Assembly (NCBI GenBank): GCA_950097015.1 | Contig: CATNEN010000013.1 | Span: 855,895-919,894, forward strand | DNA: 64,000 nucleotides | Direction of reading: 5' to 3' | DNA from: Macrostomum hystrix | Lineage: Eukaryota > Animalia > Platyhelminthes | Program-made: the position numbers and the translations under genes | Notes under the pieces: model-generated | What the model was told of the DNA's origin: nothing | Database searches by the model: none | What the model saw: only the letters and a program-made list of their open reading frames with translations | Part shown: positions 60,740 to 64,000 of the stretch, piece after piece | Position numbering within the stretch: the stretch's first letter is position 1 | How the letters are laid out: each line of letters opens with the position of its first letter

Positions 60740-63700
60740 CCAGTATCTCATCTCCACGTGCCTCATCTTCCCGTGCCTCATCTCCATGTGTCTCATCTCC
60801 CTGTGTCTCATCTCCCCATGTCTCATCTCCCCAAGTGTCTCATCTCCCCGTGTCTCATCTCCACGTTTATCATCTCCCTGTGTCTCATCTCCCCGTGTCT
60901 CATCTCCCCATGTCTTATCTCCCCAAGTGTCTCATCTCCACGTTTCTCATCTCCACGTGTCTCATTTCCCCGTGTCTCATCTCCCCGGGTCTCATCTCAC
61001 CGTGCCTCATCTCCCGTGCCTCATCTCCACGTGTCTCATCTCCCCGTGTCTCATCTCCCCGGGTTTCATCTCCCCGTGTCTCATCTCCCCGTGCCTCATC
61101 TCCCCGTGCCTCATCTCTCCCGTGTCTCATCTCCCCGTGTCTCATCTCCCCGTGCCTCATCTCCATGTGTCTCATCTCCCTGTGTCCCATCTCCCCGTGT
61201 CTCATCTCCCCATGTCTCATCTCTCCCGTGTCTCATCTCCCGTGTCTCATCTTCCTGTGTCTCATCTCCCCGGGTCTCATCTCCCCGTGTCTCATCTCCA
61301 TGTGTCTCATCTCCCCGTGTCTCATCTCCCCGTGTCTCATCTCCCCGTGCCTCATCTCCATGTGTCTCATCTCCCTGTGTCCCATCTCCCCGTGTCTCAT
61401 CTCCCCATGTCTCATCTCTCCCGTGTCTCATCTCCCGTGTCTCATCTTCCTGTGTCTCATCTCCCCGTGTCTCATCTCCCAGTGTCTCATCTCCCCGTGT
61501 CTCATCTCCCCATGTCTTATCTCCCCAAGTGTCTCATCTCCACGTTTCTCATCTCCACGTGTCTCATTTCCCCGTGTCTCATCTCCCCGGGTCTCATCTC
61601 ACCGTGCCTCATCTCCCGTGCCTCATCTCCACGTGTCTCATCTCCCCGTGTCTCATCTCCCCGGGTTTCATCTCCCCGTGTCTCATCTCCCCGTGCCTCA
61701 TCTCCCCGTGCCTCATCTCTCCCGTGTCTCATCTCCCCGGGTCTCATCTCCCCGTGTCTCATCTCCATGTGTCTCATCTCCCCGTGTCTCATCTCCCCGT
61801 GTCTCATCTCCCCGTGCCTCATCTCCATGTGTCTCATCTCCCTGTGTCCCATCTCCCCGTGTCTCATCTCCCCATGTCTCATCTCTCCCGTGTCTCATCT
61901 CCCGTATCTCATCTTCCTGTGTCTCATCTCCCCGGGTCTCATCTCCCCGTGTCTCATCTCCATGTGTCTCATCTCCCCGTGTCTCATCTCCCCGTGTCTC
62001 ATCTCCCCGTGCCTCATCTCCATGTGTCTCATCTCCCTGTGTCCCATCTCCCCGTGTCTCATCTCCCCATGTCTCATCTCTCCCGTGTCTCATCTCCCGT
62101 GTCTCATCTTCCTGTGTCTCATCTCCCCGTGTCTCATCTCCCAGTGTCTCATCTCCCCGTGTCTCATCTCCCGTGTCTCATCTCCCGTGTCTCATCTCCC
62201 CGTGTCTCATCTCCCGTGTCTCATCTCCCCGTGTCTCATCTCCCCGTGTCTCATCTCCCCGTGTCTCATCTCCCGTGTCTCATCTCCCCGTGTCTCATCT
62301 CCCCGTGTCTCATCTCCCGTGCCTCATCTCCCCGTGTCTCATCTCCCGTGTCTCATCTCCCCGTGCCTCATCTCCCCGTGTCTCATCTCCCGTGTCTCAT
62401 CTCCCCGTGCCTCATCTCCCCGTATCTCATCTCCCCGTGTCTCATCTCCCCGTGCCTCATCTCCCCGTGTCTCATCTCCCGTGTCTCATCTCCCCGTGCC
62501 TCATCTCCCCGTATCTCATCTCCCCGTGTCTCATCTCCCGTGTCTCATCTCCCCGTGCCTCATCTCCCCGTGCCTCATCTCCCCGTGTCTCATCTCCCGT
62601 GTCTCATCTCCCCGTGCCTCATCTCCCCGTATCTCATCTCCCCGTGTCTCATCTCCCCGTGCCTCATCTCCCCGTATCTCATCCCCCGTGTCTCATCTCC
62701 CCGTGTCTCATCTCCCCGTGTCTCATCTCCCGTGTCTCATCTCCCCGTGTCTCATCTCCCGTGTCTCATCTCCCGTGTCTCATCTCCCCGTGCCTCATCT
62801 CCCCGTGCCTCATCTCCCCGTGTCTCATCTCCCGTGTCTCATCTCCCCGTGCCTCATCTCCCCGTATCTCATCTCCCCGTGTCTCATCTCCCCGTGCCTC
62901 ATCTCCCCGTATCTCATCCCCCGTGTCTCATCTCCCCGTGTCTCATCTCCCCCGTGTCTCATCTCCCGTGTCTCATCTCCCCGTGTCTCATCTCCCTGTG
63001 TCTCATCTCCCCGTGTCTCATCTCCCGTGTCTCATCTCCCCGTGTCTCATCTCCCGTGTCTCATCTCCCCGTGCCTCATCTCCCCGTATCTCATCTCCCC
63101 GTGTCTCATCTCCCCGTGCCTCATCTCCCCGTATCTCATCCCCCGTGTCTCATCTCCCCGTGTCTCATCTCCCCGTGTCTCATCTCCCCGTGTCTCATCT
63201 CCCGTGTCTCATCTCCCGTGTCTCATCTCCCCGTGCCTCATCTCCCCGTGCCTCATCTCGCCGTGTCTCATCTCCCGTGTCTCATCTCCCCGTGCCTCAT
63301 CTCCCCGTATCTCATCTCCCCGTGTCTCATCTCCCCGTGCCTCATCTCCCCGTATCTCATCTCCCGTGTCTCATCTCCCCGTGTCTCATCTCCCGTGTCT
63401 CATCTCCCGTGTCTCATCTCCCCGTGCCTCATCTCCCCGTGTCTCATCTCCCCGTGCCTCATCTCCCCGTATCTCATCTCCCCATGTCTCATCTCCCCGT
63501 GTCTCATCTCCCCGTGTCTCATCTCCCCGGGTTTCATCTCCCCGTGTCTCATCTCCCCGTGCCTCATCTCCCCGTGTCTCATCTCCCCGTGTCTCATCTC
63601 CCAGTGTCTCATCTCCCCGTGTCTCATCTCCCCGTGTCTCATCTCCCCGTGTCTCATCTCCCCGTGTCTCATCTCCCCGTGTCTCATCTCCCCGTGTCTC

Positions 63701-64000
63701 ATCTCCCCGTGTCTCATCTCCCCGTGTCTCATCTCCCAGTGTCTCATCTCCCGTGTCTCATCTCCCAGTGTCTCATCTCCCGTGTCTCATCTCCCGTGTC
63801 TCATCTCCCCGTATCTCATCTCCCGTGTCTCATCTCCCCGTGTCTCATCTCCCCGTATCTCATCTCCCCGTGTCTCATCTCCCCGTGTCTCATCTCCCCG
63901 TGTCTCATCTCCCGTGTCTCATCTCCCAGTGTCTCATCTCCCGTGTCTCATCTCCCGTGTCTCATCTCCCCGTGTCTCATCTCCCAGTGTCTCATCTCCC
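60740..64000. repeat. 14-15-bp minisatellite (GTCTCATCTCCCCGT) running to the window end
   Basis: Direct periodicity; a ~600-bp higher-order duplication at 60915-62110. Confidence 0.97.

Noticed and set aside
60915-63747. MRHGEMRHGE / DETRGDE ORFs
   Set aside because: 15-mer minisatellite translations.

Overview
Eukaryotic, minisatellite-saturated genomic DNA: roughly 40-50% of the window is tandem repeat from about 20 unrelated unit families. The repeat style and GC-rich, poly-Q exons suggest an invertebrate such as the flatworm Macrostomum, but that is inference only. Supported genes: (1) a complete 8-exon sphingosine-1-phosphate-lyase-family gene on the minus strand (14278-9662, 545 aa); (2) two near-identical intronless achaete-scute (ASCL) bHLH genes in inverted, convergent orientation (30822-31397 + and 59471-58893 -); (3) an 11-exon gene (42550-51373 +, about 2020 aa) combining a run of tandemly duplicated symmetric exons, two Cys/His zinc-binding motifs and a tyrosine-recombinase (YR) domain. 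The most notable structure is that the YR gene lies inside a ~12.1 kb segment (41112-53245) with two pairs of subterminal inverted repeats, flanked on both sides by the same (GAGTGTGTGTGT)n 12-mer microsatellite. This looks like a Crypton-like YR transposon inserted into a microsatellite. Also present: a solo LTR with a 5-bp TSD inside a satellite, a 43-bp hAT-like mini-element with an 8-bp TSD, two tRNA-derived SINE families (one copy split by a minisatellite), and a CAGTCACT core shared by several unrelated minisatellites. All coordinates were read by hand and no database searches were run.
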